DNA from: Candidatus Eiseniibacteriota bacterium
GTDB lineage: Bacteria; Arandabacterota; Arandabacteria; Arandabacterales; Arandabacteraceae
DNA: 64,000 nucleotides
Assembly: GCA_043810925.1 (NCBI GenBank)
Contig: JBDRNT010000161.1
Coordinates: 1 to 64,000 of the forward strand
Direction of reading: 5' to 3'
Part shown: in pieces, positions 45,703-55,464 of the stretch
How the letters are laid out: the number at the start of each line of letters is the position of its first letter
Position numbering within the stretch: the stretch's first letter is position 1
Program-made: the position numbers and the translations under genes
The notes under the pieces: generated by a model
Databases searched by the model: none
Seen by the model: only the letters and a program-made list of their open reading frames with translations
What the model was told of the DNA's origin: nothing

Positions 45703-47664
45703 ATGAAGCGGATCGGTGTGTTCGTCTGCTGGTGTGGGTCCAATATCGCAGAAACAGTCGATATCGAGCAACTTACCGAGGCTATGATGGATTACCCCGG
45801 AGTTGTGAGTGTAGTGGATTATTCATATATGTGCTCCGACCCCGGGCAGAACCTTATCCGGGAGACCATTATCGATAAGGATCTCGGTGGCGTGGTCATT
45901 GCCTGCTGTTCTCCAACCCTGCACGAAGCCACTTTTCGAGATCTCTCGCGATTGACAGGGCTTAATCCATATCAATGTGAGATCGCCAATATACGGGAGC
46001 AATGCAGCTGGGTTCACAGGGATGACAAACAGGCAGCGACGGCCAAGGCGATCAGAATAATAAGAACAGTCGTCGAGAAAGCACTTCAGAATGAGTCCCT
46101 TGAACCGATCAAGACACCGATCGTCAGAAGGGCCCTTGTTATAGGCGGGGGTATCGCCGGGATACAGGCGTCATTGGATATCGCAAATGCCGGATACGAC
46201 GTCGTTCTTGTTGAAAGAAATCCCTCGATAGGCGGACACATGATCCAGCTCTCTGAGACCTTTCCCACTCTTGACTGTTCACAGTGTATCCTCACGCCAA
46301 AGATGGTACAGGTGGCTCGTCATCCAAGAATAACCCTGCTGGCATACGCCGATATTCAGGATGTATCCGGCTATGTCGGCAACTTCAATGTCCGGATTCT
46401 CAAGAGACCGAGATATGTGATCGAAAGCAAGTGCAATCTCTGCGGCAAGTGCGCCGATGTGTGTCCTATAGCCGTGCCCGCGGAGTTTGAGAGAGGGCTC
46501 ACGGCCCGCAAGGCCATATACCTGCCCTTCCCCCAGGCGATTCCCGCCACCTATACAATAGATGCCCGGCAATGCCCCGGATTTCTCCCTATAGCATGTG
46601 GCAAGTGCGCACAGGTCTGTGAACCCGGGGCGATAGATTTCGACATGAAACCCGAGGTCATCGAGGAGACCTTTGGAGCGATAGTCGTGGCAACAGGATA
46701 TGATACCTATCCCAAAGAGCGAATACGGGAGTTCGGAAGATGCAAGTACGACGACGTAATGGACGGACTGCAATTCGAACGGCTTCTCTCTGCAACCGGG
46801 CCTACCCAGGGCGAGATTCGAAGGCTCTCCGACGGAAAAACCCCGAAGAGGGTGGTCTTCCTGAGCTGTGTTGGCTCCAGAAACCGCGAGCATCATCTGC
46901 CCTATTGTTCCAAGGTTTGCTGCATGTATACGGCGAAGCACGCAATGTTATACAAACACAAGGTCCCCGACGGCGAGGCAATAGTGTTCTACATCGACAT
47001 CAGGGCCGGCGGCAAAGGATACGAGGAATTCGTCGAACGCGCGCAACTCGAGGACAAGGTTCTCTATATCCGAGGGAAAGTATCCAGAGTTTTCAGCAAC
47101 GGCAACGGCAAGATGGTGGTCTGGGGTGCGGATACACTCGTTGGGAAGCAGATCGAGATCGAGTGCGACATGGTGGTCCTTTCAACCGCGATGGTTCCAA
47201 GTGCGGGCGCCCAGAGCTTGATCTCCAAATTGAACATCGCGTCGGATGAGTATGGATTCATCAGTGAGGCTCATCCGAAGTTGAGACCGGTAGAGAGCGT
47301 ATCGGCCGGCTTCTTCTTGGCCGGAGCCGCACAGGCCCCGAGGGACATCCCCGAAACGGTTGCCCATGCATCAGGTGCCGCATCCAAGGTCGCCGATTTG
47401 TTTGCTGAGGAAGAGCTGAAGCGCGAACCCATTGTGGCCGTGGTGAACGAAAGTCTGTGCAGCGGCTGTGGCGCCTGTCTGGCGCTCTGTCCTTATCAAG
47501 CCAGGGAATTCGAAATCCGTAACGATAGACGCATCGCCGCGGTAAACGAGAGTTTGTGCGAAGGATGCGGAAGTTGCATATCCGCCTGCCCATCGGGGGC
47601 GTGCCAGCAGAGGAACCTGACAGACGATCAGATATTGAAGATGGTAGAAGCCGCATTGAGTTAA
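45703..47664 (+). CDS. hdrA: Heterodisulfide reductase subunit A family flavoprotein
   Basis: RIGVFVCWCGSNI, ACCSPTLHE, NIREQCSWVH, GGGIAG, ETFPTLDCSQC, CVGSR..YCSKVCCMY, EAHPKLRP and a C-terminal ferredoxin. Confidence 0.95.
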   Translation: MKRIGVFVCWCGSNIAETVDIEQLTEAMMDYPGVVSVVDYSYMCSDPGQNLIRETIIDKDLGGVVIACCSPTLHEATFRDLSRLTGLNPYQCEIANIREQCSWVHRDDKQAATAKAIRIIRTVVEKALQNESLEPIKTPIVRRALVIGGGIAGIQASLDIANAGYDVVLVERNPSIGGHMIQLSETFPTLDCSQCILTPKMVQVARHPRITLLAYADIQDVSGYVGNFNVRILKRPRYVIESKCNLCGKCADVCPIAVPAEFERGLTARKAIYLPFPQAIPATYTIDARQCPGFLPIACGKCAQVCEPGAIDFDMKPEVIEETFGAIVVATGYDTYPKERIREFGRCKYDDVMDGLQFERLLSATGPTQGEIRRLSDGKTPKRVVFLSCVGSRNREHHLPYCSKVCCMYTAKHAMLYKHKVPDGEAIVFYIDIRAGGKGYEEFVERAQLEDKVLYIRGKVSRVFSNGNGKMVVWGADTLVGKQIEIECDMVVLSTAMVPSAGAQSLISKLNIASDEYGFISEAHPKLRPVESVSAGFFLAGAAQAPRDIPETVAHASGAASKVADLFAEEELKREPIVAVVNESLCSGCGACLALCPYQAREFEIRNDRRIAAVNESLCEGCGSCISACPSGACQQRNLTDDQILKMVEAALS

Positions 47665-47678
47665 AGGGGGGTCATGCC

Positions 47679-48029
47679 ATGTATAATGACAACTACACCT
47701 TTACGGCCGACCTTCTCGCCTTTGTGGAATGGCAGGACCTGCCGCCGGCGCTGTATCCTTTCGTCAGATCTGCGAGCTTGAGAGACCATGTGATGCTGGG
47801 TAGAAAGTCACGTGTCCTGGTTCTGAGAATCAGAGAGGCTCCGGAAGCCTGTCACGCAATCATTGTCGACAAAGGGATGACGATGAATAAGATCGAGGCA
47901 AGAATCCGGAGAGAGCTGGAGGTGGTTACCCTGTCGGAGGAAACACGGGACGCACTTGAAGACCTGTTGGAAAAGAACCAAAGAGGTGACCTCACATATT
48001 TCATCAGCAATGTGCCCAGCAGAGTATGA
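47679..48029 (+). CDS. Hypothetical protein
   Basis: Open frame with a GGGGG RBS directly after hdrA; protein-like composition; no motif recognised. Confidence 0.6.
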   Translation: MYNDNYTFTADLLAFVEWQDLPPALYPFVRSASLRDHVMLGRKSRVLVLRIREAPEACHAIIVDKGMTMNKIEARIRRELEVVTLSEETRDALEDLLEKNQRGDLTYFISNVPSRV

Positions 48030-48096
48030 CCTCGCTCCACACACCTGGCTCATCCCAGACTACTCGTGCGGTCACCACCGGACTCGCAGCAAAACA

Positions 48097-48134
48097 AAGG
48101 GTTCGGGGGGTGCGATACCCCCCGAACCTTATTT
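48097..48134. terminator. Bidirectional intrinsic terminator between convergent genes
   Basis: GGTTCGGGGGGT-GCGAT-ACCCCCCGAACC stem, flanked by an A-rich and a T-rich tract. Confidence 0.8.
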
Positions 48135-48160
48135 ACCTTAGCACAAATGTGAAATCGACG

Positions 48161-48703
48161 TTACGGAATTATGTGCACACCGACACTGAGGTAGGTAACA
48201 TCCGCCTCGATCAGCGTGAATTCGACCTCGCCGCCGAAGCGCTCATTGAAATTCATCCCCAGGCCGCCGCCGACGGACAGCCCGGTGTCCGTGCCGCTCG
48301 CATCATAAGTCATAGTCCCCACACCGGGAATATCGTAGGTGACCTCGGCAGTGACATTCTCATACAGTATGCCGGCTTTGCCCTTAAGATAGAGGGACTC
48401 GTTGAGAGGATAGCGGTACACGAAATATCCCCCCAGGGTCCAGATCTTCCACTCGAATGTATCCGTGATGCCAGGGATGCCATAATCCCAATCACCACCG
48501 GTAATCCTGTAGTTAAACTCACCCTCGATCGACGCATTCGGGAAAATCTCGTGACCGCCCATCACACCTATCGGTATGATGTTGTCAATGCCTTCGACAT
48601 CGATCATCATCATGCCGGTCTTGACTCCGAAATACAACTGAGCGGACACTGAGCCCGCAAGAACAAGCCCTATCGCTATACTTAACAGAACTGCGCGCTT
48701 CAT
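48161..48703 (-). CDS. Outer-membrane beta-barrel (OmpA-like, 8-stranded) protein
   Basis: Signal peptide MKRAVLL..SVSA; LYFGVKTG, YLKGKAG and GLSVGGGLG strands; RBS AAGGAGG; promoter TTGACA-16-TACAAT at 48844-48817. Confidence 0.85.
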   Translation of the reverse strand: MKRAVLLSIAIGLVLAGSVSAQLYFGVKTGMMMIDVEGIDNIIPIGVMGGHEIFPNASIEGEFNYRITGGDWDYGIPGITDTFEWKIWTLGGYFVYRYPLNESLYLKGKAGILYENVTAEVTYDIPGVGTMTYDASGTDTGLSVGGGLGMNFNERFGGEVEFTLIEADVTYLSVGVHIIP

Positions 48704-48868
48704 CTTTCTTTTCCTCCTTATGTTACACGGATTACCAACCCAGGGAACATCGTACGAGTAGTTGGTTTCTCCTCCTTTCCCTGCTTTTTCGTCCATATGA
48801 CACCAAGCTAGATATCATTGTAAGAATAGTGGGGAATCTGTCAACAAAAAACGCTCTGCTCACGCGGA

Positions 48869-50302
48869 TCAGCAACCGAGGTGACGCTCGATCTCATAGG
48901 GGTGTGGATGTCGCTTCGTGTCACACACTTCCGCCTGCTTGAGATCCATCCACATGTCAATCAGATCCTCGGTGAATACTCCCGATTCAAGCAGGAATCG
49001 ATTATCCTCCCGCAGGGCATCAAGGGCCTCTTGAAGTGCGAACGGTACGGGGGTGATTCCCTTTCCTTCAAGATCGGCAACGCCGAAGACATCGAGATCG
49101 TAGGGTCCGAATCCTTCCTTCTCGGGGTCGATCCTCCGTTTGATCCCGTCCAGACCTGCCATCAGCATGGCAGCAACCGACAGATATGGATTGCCGCTCG
49201 CATCGGACGGACGGAATTCGATTCGCGCCTCATCGGCCGTGTTTATGCCCTTGGGAATCCTTACAGCCGCGCTTCTGTTGCCGATCGCGAAGACGAAGCA
49301 GGTGGGAGCCTCAAAGCCGGGCACAAGTCTTCTGTAGGAGTTGGTAGTGGGACATGTCAGGGCAAGCAACGCCCTGCCGTGCTTGAGTATGCCGCCGATG
49401 TAGTACATGGCCACTTTGCTCAGATTTCCATAGCCCCCCCTCTTGAAGAACATGTTCTTGCCACCCTTGACAAGATTCTGGTGAAAATGCATCCCGTTTC
49501 CGGGCTGGCCGTAGAGAGGTTTTGGAAGGAAGGTGGCTACCATGTCGTGGGCGGCAGCCAGTGTTTTTATCAAGTGCTTACCCACCATAATCTGGTCCGC
49601 AGCACGCCTGAGGGTCGCGGGGCGCACCTCTATCTCACATTGCCCGGCTGAACCGGCTTCGTGATGGGAGTACTTAACCGGTATCCCCGCCTTTTCCATC
49701 TCAGCAACCATAAGTGTGCGCAGTGACAGGCACCGGTCAGTCGGAGGCAGGGCGTGATAGCCGCCCTTCTGGCTTATCCAGGGATACACCTTGGCATCAT
49801 CCTCCGGCTCGATCCCCGCCTCCTCGGATCTCACCGAGTAGCCTGTGACCTCCGGAAGGCCCATCACCATGACCTCATCAAACAGATTGAACTCAAGCTC
49901 CGGCATGAAGAAAGCCTTATCGGCAATCCGGGTCTTTGCGAGATGGCTTTCGGCCCTGTCGGCAACCAGTCTGGGGTCACGGGCAAACGGTTTCTTTGTG
50001 TCCGCCTCAACACAGTTGCATATGAAACTCACAGACCTGGCATCCACGGTCTCCTCGATGAAAGAAGCTGCGGCATCGGGGATCAGACGCAGATCCCCGC
50101 TCTCGAGTCTTGTGAATCCTGGAATACTCGACCCGTCGAAAGCGACACCTCTCTGGAAGGTGTGCGGTCCAAAATTGGATAAGGGCAGGGTCACCTGGTG
50201 CCAGCGCCCGATGAGATCCACGAACTTGAGGTTGACGAACTCTGCATCGGACTTTCTGACAAAGCCGACCGCCTTCTTGATACTATCCGCTCTCTGTGCC
50301 AC
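48869..50302 (-). CDS. glnA: Glutamine synthetase type I
   Basis: FDGSSIPGF, PELEF, HHEAG..GQCEI, PKPLYGQPGNGMHFH, NSYRRLVPGFEAP, NRSAAVRIP and IEFRPSD..NPYL. Confidence 0.95.
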   Translation of the reverse strand: MAQRADSIKKAVGFVRKSDAEFVNLKFVDLIGRWHQVTLPLSNFGPHTFQRGVAFDGSSIPGFTRLESGDLRLIPDAAASFIEETVDARSVSFICNCVEADTKKPFARDPRLVADRAESHLAKTRIADKAFFMPELEFNLFDEVMVMGLPEVTGYSVRSEEAGIEPEDDAKVYPWISQKGGYHALPPTDRCLSLRTLMVAEMEKAGIPVKYSHHEAGSAGQCEIEVRPATLRRAADQIMVGKHLIKTLAAAHDMVATFLPKPLYGQPGNGMHFHQNLVKGGKNMFFKRGGYGNLSKVAMYYIGGILKHGRALLALTCPTTNSYRRLVPGFEAPTCFVFAIGNRSAAVRIPKGINTADEARIEFRPSDASGNPYLSVAAMLMAGLDGIKRRIDPEKEGFGPYDLDVFGVADLEGKGITPVPFALQEALDALREDNRFLLESGVFTEDLIDMWMDLKQAEVCDTKRHPHPYEIERHLGC

Positions 50303-50331
50303 TGCAGTCCCTCCGTGTCACACGTAGACCA

Positions 50332-51525
50332 TCAGAGCCCGAGTGCCGTCAGGAGACCGTCAAACAGATCGGTGTTTTCGCGGACCCCTGAAAATCCCCC
50401 GGCACCCGGCCCTCTTGCGAAAACGGGTACCATTGTCCCGGTATGATCTCCAGAGACCCATCGTACAAGCTTACAGTCCTCTCCTGCAAGAGTTTCGAGA
50501 TCATCATAGGATGGATACCCGGACTCTGAAGCGGTAAGAGCGGGGCCACCACAGTCATGGTCTGCACTTACCACGATCGTCAGCATAGAATCCTGCTTCT
50601 GGTAATCCATCGCAAAGCCGATAGCCGCGTCAAATGCAAAGAAGTCTCCGATTGCATCACTTATGTTCTTCCCGTGCTCCGCGTGGTCTATCCGACCTCC
50701 CTCGACCACGAGCAAAAACCCATCGGGATCGGTTGCAAGGATCCCGAGCGCCTTACCGGTCATGTCCACCAGCGACGGAACCTCATCTTCGCGTCGAGCC
50801 CGCTCGTATGGCAGGTGGTCGGACGCGAAAAGACCGAGCAGTCTCTCGCCATTGGAACGTTTGAGATCCTCACTGTCGAAGGCGACATCGAAGCCGCGTC
50901 GCTTGGCCTCTGCGGTAAGGTCCCTGCCATCCGCCCGTTTCCCACGCTCAGGCGGCAGGAAATACCGGTATCCCCCTCCGAGGACCACGGCGGCATCACC
51001 CTCCACTATCTGCACCGCGATTTCGTACTGCATATCCCTCGACGGTACGTGAGCAAGGAAACAAGCGGGTGTAGCATGGGTAACGGCCGTTGTGGTTACG
51101 ACACCAACGGCTTTGCCATGCCCGACGGCCCGTTCAAGAAGGTTCTGAAACTCCCTTCCACCCGGCGACATCCCGACGACGCCGTTGTTGGTCTTCTCTC
51201 CCGTGGCCAGGGCCGTACCCGATGCAGCTGAATCCGTCACCGGCCTGTCGGCTGAATGCGTCGTTTGATACCCGGCGGTTCCCGTGTTTGCGAGGTTCAC
51301 CATATTGAGCTCGGCACCTAGTGAGCGCTCCGAGTAGATCTTCGCTATGCTCAAGATCTGAGGGCCCATGCCGTCACCGATGAAGAATATGACACTCCCG
51401 GCAGGAGACACAGGTGCGGCCGGCTCGAGGTCCGCCCGGTACTCACCAAGCCTCGAAGGAGCACATGTGAGAGAGCCAATACTGAGAATCAGGAAAACTG
51501 CACACAGTTGTCTTTTCATCACCAC
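50332..51525 (-). CDS. Alkaline phosphatase (PhoA family), exported
   Basis: IFFIGDGMG, VTDSAASGTA, THATPA, EGGRIDHAEH and SADH..HTG. Confidence 0.93.
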   Translation of the reverse strand: MVMKRQLCAVFLILSIGSLTCAPSRLGEYRADLEPAAPVSPAGSVIFFIGDGMGPQILSIAKIYSERSLGAELNMVNLANTGTAGYQTTHSADRPVTDSAASGTALATGEKTNNGVVGMSPGGREFQNLLERAVGHGKAVGVVTTTAVTHATPACFLAHVPSRDMQYEIAVQIVEGDAAVVLGGGYRYFLPPERGKRADGRDLTAEAKRRGFDVAFDSEDLKRSNGERLLGLFASDHLPYERARREDEVPSLVDMTGKALGILATDPDGFLLVVEGGRIDHAEHGKNISDAIGDFFAFDAAIGFAMDYQKQDSMLTIVVSADHDCGGPALTASESGYPSYDDLETLAGEDCKLVRWVSGDHTGTMVPVFARGPGAGGFSGVRENTDLFDGLLTALGL

Positions 51526-51588
51526 CTCCTCCAGGTCATATAAACATACACAAATCTCGGAAGGAGATAAAGGGAACAGCTACCTTTT

Positions 51589-52065
51589 TTAAGGGGTTTT
51601 GAGGATGTTGTTGATGGCGGTGGCGACCTCGCGGCCGGCCGCTTCTATAGTTGGACTGAGCCCCTCTCCGACCTCCCTCCTCGCGGGCTGGATGGCCAGA
51701 AAAAAAGTCTGAGCCCCGGTCTCATGTTCTATGAAGTCGGTGAAGAGAGTCAGGATAGCATCGTGGGTCGACGCACCGCCGCCTGTAATCTCGCTCTTCT
51801 TGACAAGCCGTATCTCGCCCGCCGCACCACCGAACTCCGCCACGTCGATCACCACGACCTTCTCGGGCTTAAAACCCACGATAACGCCGAGGTAGTTCTC
51901 AGGGGTCTCGCCACAGTCGACAACGTGCACCGATTCCGACTCCTTGATCAGCCGGGAAATGAACGGTCCGACCCCATCATCCCCACACAGTTCGTTTCCC
52001 ACGCAGGCGATCACGACGGTACCGGTCAGCATATCGTTAAGGATGCTTTTATCCATCTGTATCAT
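51589..52065 (-). CDS. hycI: Hydrogenase maturation endopeptidase (HycI-like)
   Basis: VGNELCGDDGVG, ETPEN, VIDVAEFG and STH. Confidence 0.9.
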   Translation of the reverse strand: MIQMDKSILNDMLTGTVVIACVGNELCGDDGVGPFISRLIKESESVHVVDCGETPENYLGVIVGFKPEKVVVIDVAEFGGAAGEIRLVKKSEITGGGASTHDAILTLFTDFIEHETGAQTFFLAIQPARREVGEGLSPTIEAAGREVATAINNILKTP

Positions 52066-52087
52066 ATCCGGTCACGGTTTGTCCCCC

Positions 52088-52234
52088 GCTTAGCCCGGAG
52101 TGTTCATAAACCTCGTCGCGAGGTGCCGGAGATGTATCCAAAGATACGTCGAGGATCGACGAGCGAGTCTGACGCCGCTGGCACTGGCATATACGACACC
52201 GCAGCAGAGGCTTGATGAACACTCCGGGCTAAGC
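52088..52234. mobile_element. MITE-like element with terminal inverted repeats, at a stop codon inside the hydrogenase operon
   Basis: GCTTAGCCCGGAGTGTTCAT (52088-52107) and ATGAACACTCCGGGCTAAGC (52215-52234), a perfect 20-bp IR. The interior is non-coding and self-complementary. Confidence 0.75.
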
Positions 52235-52837
52235 CTTGAGCTGAACCTCGCGCCTGCACTTGGAGCACAGCATCCGTACGACATCCTGCCTGCCGGTTTC
52301 GAGGTCTTTGTCACGGACAGGAACATCGCCCAGTACCTTCGCGTCCTTAAGGGCAGATAGGAAAAGCGTGGGATTTGAGTATGCCAGGGGTCCGAGTCGC
52401 TTCGAGACCCACTTTATATGGTCCGCGGTCGATATTATGGCGCCGCAGGCCTCGCACAACACAAGGTCCTTCTCGATGCTTGTCTTGGCCAGGCTTCTAT
52501 CAAAGTAGATGAGATCGAACTCGGGGGTCAGTTTGATCCCCTTCTCGGTTATACAGTTGGCCTCACACTGGCCGCACTGGATGCACTTATCATAGAAGAG
52601 CGTTATCGTACGCTTCTTGTTCTCGGCATCATCCGTAACCGTAATGTCGCCGGCGGGACAAACGAGGGAGCACCCACCGCATCCCACACACTCCTCCTCA
52701 TCGTACTTGGGCTTACCCCTGAACCTCTTCTGAGGCTCAAGTGCCTCCTTCGGAAACGGATGCGTATAGGGACCTGTAAAAAGCGCGGTAAGCGCTTCCT
52801 TCAAAAGCCGATATTGAAGTATGCCTGGTACCTTCAT
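52229..52837 (-). CDS. NuoI/MbhN-like 4Fe-4S subunit
   Basis: PYTHPFP..FRGKP..CVGCGGCSLVCP..CIQCGQCEANC, with extra CEACG and CSKCRR. Confidence 0.9.
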   Translation of the reverse strand: MKVPGILQYRLLKEALTALFTGPYTHPFPKEALEPQKRFRGKPKYDEEECVGCGGCSLVCPAGDITVTDDAENKKRTITLFYDKCIQCGQCEANCITEKGIKLTPEFDLIYFDRSLAKTSIEKDLVLCEACGAIISTADHIKWVSKRLGPLAYSNPTLFLSALKDAKVLGDVPVRDKDLETGRQDVVRMLCSKCRREVQLKA

Positions 52838-53196
52838 CTCGCCTCCCCACGCTGTGCTTTGATCTCCTCCGCCCGTTCCTTGAACTTGTTGGTTACGCTC
52901 TTGTCCCAGAGGTTGACACCCGACAGGAATGATCCGCGTGCAAGCGCATGCGCCCCGGTCGGTGATGTCAGCACGATGAAGACCGCGCAGAGTATCGCCT
53001 TTATGGCAATCGCAGGCGTCGCTGTCACGACGGCGGTGCCGACAAGTATGAGTATCGTTCCCAGTGTGACGCACTTCGTGGCGGCCTGAAGTCTGTTGTA
53101 AACATCGGGAAATCTGACAAGACCCATGCAGCCGAAGAAATCGAAAATCGCACCAATCGTAATGAGGATATAGCCTACTATCGCATTGCTACTCAT
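52834..53196 (-). CDS. MrpG/MnhG-like antiporter subunit
   Basis: GLVRFPDVYNRLQAATKCVTLG and TSPTGAHALAR. Confidence 0.92.
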   Translation of the reverse strand: MSSNAIVGYILITIGAIFDFFGCMGLVRFPDVYNRLQAATKCVTLGTILILVGTAVVTATPAIAIKAILCAVFIVLTSPTGAHALARGSFLSGVNLWDKSVTNKFKERAEEIKAQRGEAR

Positions 53197-53452
53197 CGAA
53201 TCTCCTCCCCTCAAGATGCTTTGAGAGGGCAAGTGTACCTATGAAACTGACCAGTGCCCACGCTATGGCAAGGTTTATGTAGAAATCTTTGCGCAAGGCA
53301 ATCGCCGAGAGACAGACAAAGCCCACCACCACAGTCCCGAGAATATCGATAGCGACGGTCCTGTCCGAAGCGGTGGGGCCGTGGCCTATCCTGTACAGGC
53401 ACATGAAGCAGGCAGCCGCCAGAACGCTGGCGATGAAGTACATGAACATCAT
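53189..53452 (-). CDS. MrpF/MnhF-like antiporter subunit
   Basis: YRIGHGPTASDRTVAID and SFIGTLALSK. Confidence 0.92.
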   Translation of the reverse strand: MMFMYFIASVLAAACFMCLYRIGHGPTASDRTVAIDILGTVVVGFVCLSAIALRKDFYINLAIAWALVSFIGTLALSKHLEGRRFDE

Positions 53453-53958
53453 TCGAATATCCTCCTCAGGACACCCTCGAACTTCGAGACTATGTGGCGC
53501 GTTGCCTCTTCAATGTCTTCGCTCTTGACATTGATCCAGTGGACGTAGAGGTATCCATCGTCGGTCATGTCAACGGTCATGGTACCCGGTGTCAGCGTGA
53601 TCGAGTTCGCGAGCATCGCGCGCCCTGCAGGATTCGTCAGTGTCGTTCTTACCTTGACGATGCCCGGGCGGATAGGCATATCCGGATGTATGACCCTGTA
53701 GAGAACATCCAGGTTGGCAATTATCACATACCAGGAGAACATCGGGACATAAACAGCCAGCCAGAACACACGCTTAAAGACGTCTGCGACGCCAAGCCTT
53801 CTCGGGATCTTGTCCCCCAGGAAGAGACCGACGAAGATGGCTACAATGATGCCCACCACTGTGCTCTGGATGTCCAGATCCCACGTCACGGGGTCAAAAG
53901 GCCACACCAGCAGGAACCATACTATGAATGAGAATACCGTCAGGGTTATCTTTCTCAA
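53449..53958 (-). CDS. MrpE/MnhE-like antiporter subunit
   Basis: IRPGIV..LANSITLTPGT..LYVHW. Confidence 0.93.
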   Translation of the reverse strand: MRKITLTVFSFIVWFLLVWPFDPVTWDLDIQSTVVGIIVAIFVGLFLGDKIPRRLGVADVFKRVFWLAVYVPMFSWYVIIANLDVLYRVIHPDMPIRPGIVKVRTTLTNPAGRAMLANSITLTPGTMTVDMTDDGYLYVHWINVKSEDIEEATRHIVSKFEGVLRRIFE

Positions 53959-53970
53959 GCCATCTCCCCC

Positions 53971-55452
53971 TTACATCCCTAAAACGCTCGATGCGTAGTT
54001 GAGTCCCTCCTGCAACACCTTTGCGGCCGGTATCAGGAGAGTATCCTTTGCCTGTGGCACCCAGAGGAAACCCATCACAACGCACAACACCGCAAGACAC
54101 ACCATCGAAATCTGCATGGAAACGGGCGCCTCTTTGGCATCGGCATAGGCTTCCTTCGGCTCTCCGAAGAACGCCCTCCGCTGGAGCCTCATGAATGCGG
54201 CAAGCGTGAGCACGCTGACACCCGCCGCCCAGGCGGCGAAACCGTACCTCTCTGCCTGTACTGCAGCCATGATTATTAGAAGCTTGCTCCAGAAACCGCT
54301 GAAAGGTGGTATGCCTGCAATCGACATGGAGCCGATGAGAGATGTCGTGCTTGTAACCGGCATCTTATCCCTCAGACCCCCCATCTTATTGAGATCCCTG
54401 GTCCCGGTCGAATACTCGATCGCACCGGAATTGAGGAACAGAAGTGACTTGAATACCGCGTGGTTTATCAGGTGGAAGAGTCCGGCCGCTATGGCAAAGC
54501 GCGTACCAATCCCTAATGCCAGCACTATGTAACCGACCTGGCTTATGCTTGAATAGGCAAGGAAGCGTTTGATATCGTCCTGTCCCATCGCAAGAAGCAC
54601 ACCGACCACCATCGATACCGTGCCCAGCACAAGAAGTATATATGACGTTAGCGGCGTCAAGCCGATCACGTTGAACATCACTCGGGCCAACGCATAAACA
54701 CCGATGGTCTTTATCAGCACCCCCGAAAGCATCGCCGATATCGGGGCCGGCGCGGACGGATGGGCATCAGGCAGCCAGGCATGGAAGGGAACGAGCGCAG
54801 CCTTGAGTCCGAAGCCGGAGATAAAGAGCGCGACTGCGAAAAGATGTATCGCCTTAAGATCGCCCCCTATGGTATTGGCAATCTGGGCCATGTTCAGGCT
54901 TCCGGTCATCGCGTACGTTATCGCTATTGCGAAGAGTATGGCCGTCGAGCCCACACTCCCGAGGATCAGGTACTTAAACGATGCCTCGAGCTCTTCATGC
55001 TGGCAGCCGAAGGCGACCAGTGCGTATGACGCTATGGAGGCTATTTCGAGAAAGACATAGAGATTAAACAGATCACCCGTCAAGGCGACGCCGTTCATCC
55101 CTGCCACCATCAGCAGGAAGAGACTGTAGAAGCGGGCTTTCGCCGTGAACTTGTCCATGTACTGGATCGAATACACGGTCACCAGGAAGGATATCAGGGT
55201 GATCGTTATGAGCATGAAGACCGAAACCGGATCCAGAACAAGGTTGATGCCCAGCGGCACACCGAGCCGTGGTACCCATCCACCCATCCAGTAGACTCCG
55301 GACTTCCCTAATACGGACAGCGCCATCAAGAGCAAGGCTAAGGTCGTTATGTTCGCAAGCGTATCAGAAAGCCGCGGGTTCTTCCTGCCTATCATCGGAA
55401 TAAAGAACGCCGCACCTAGCGGAATCGCAACAAACAGCGGAATGATCTGCAT
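53971..55452 (-). CDS. MrpD/MbhH-like proton-translocating subunit
   Basis: TGDLFNLYVFLEI, EASFKYL, KAALVPFHAWLPDAH, KRFLAYSSISQ and GIPPFSGFWSK. Confidence 0.94.
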   Translation of the reverse strand: MQIIPLFVAIPLGAAFFIPMIGRKNPRLSDTLANITTLALLLMALSVLGKSGVYWMGGWVPRLGVPLGINLVLDPVSVFMLITITLISFLVTVYSIQYMDKFTAKARFYSLFLLMVAGMNGVALTGDLFNLYVFLEIASIASYALVAFGCQHEELEASFKYLILGSVGSTAILFAIAITYAMTGSLNMAQIANTIGGDLKAIHLFAVALFISGFGLKAALVPFHAWLPDAHPSAPAPISAMLSGVLIKTIGVYALARVMFNVIGLTPLTSYILLVLGTVSMVVGVLLAMGQDDIKRFLAYSSISQVGYIVLALGIGTRFAIAAGLFHLINHAVFKSLLFLNSGAIEYSTGTRDLNKMGGLRDKMPVTSTTSLIGSMSIAGIPPFSGFWSKLLIIMAAVQAERYGFAAWAAGVSVLTLAAFMRLQRRAFFGEPKEAYADAKEAPVSMQISMVCLAVLCVVMGFLWVPQAKDTLLIPAAKVLQEGLNYASSVLGM

Positions 55453-55464
55453 TACTTTTCGCCC

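Noticed and set aside
45703-47664. Selenocysteine recoding in HdrA or hydrogenase subunits
   Set aside because: The frames are open with Cys at the motif positions; no in-frame TGA is needed.
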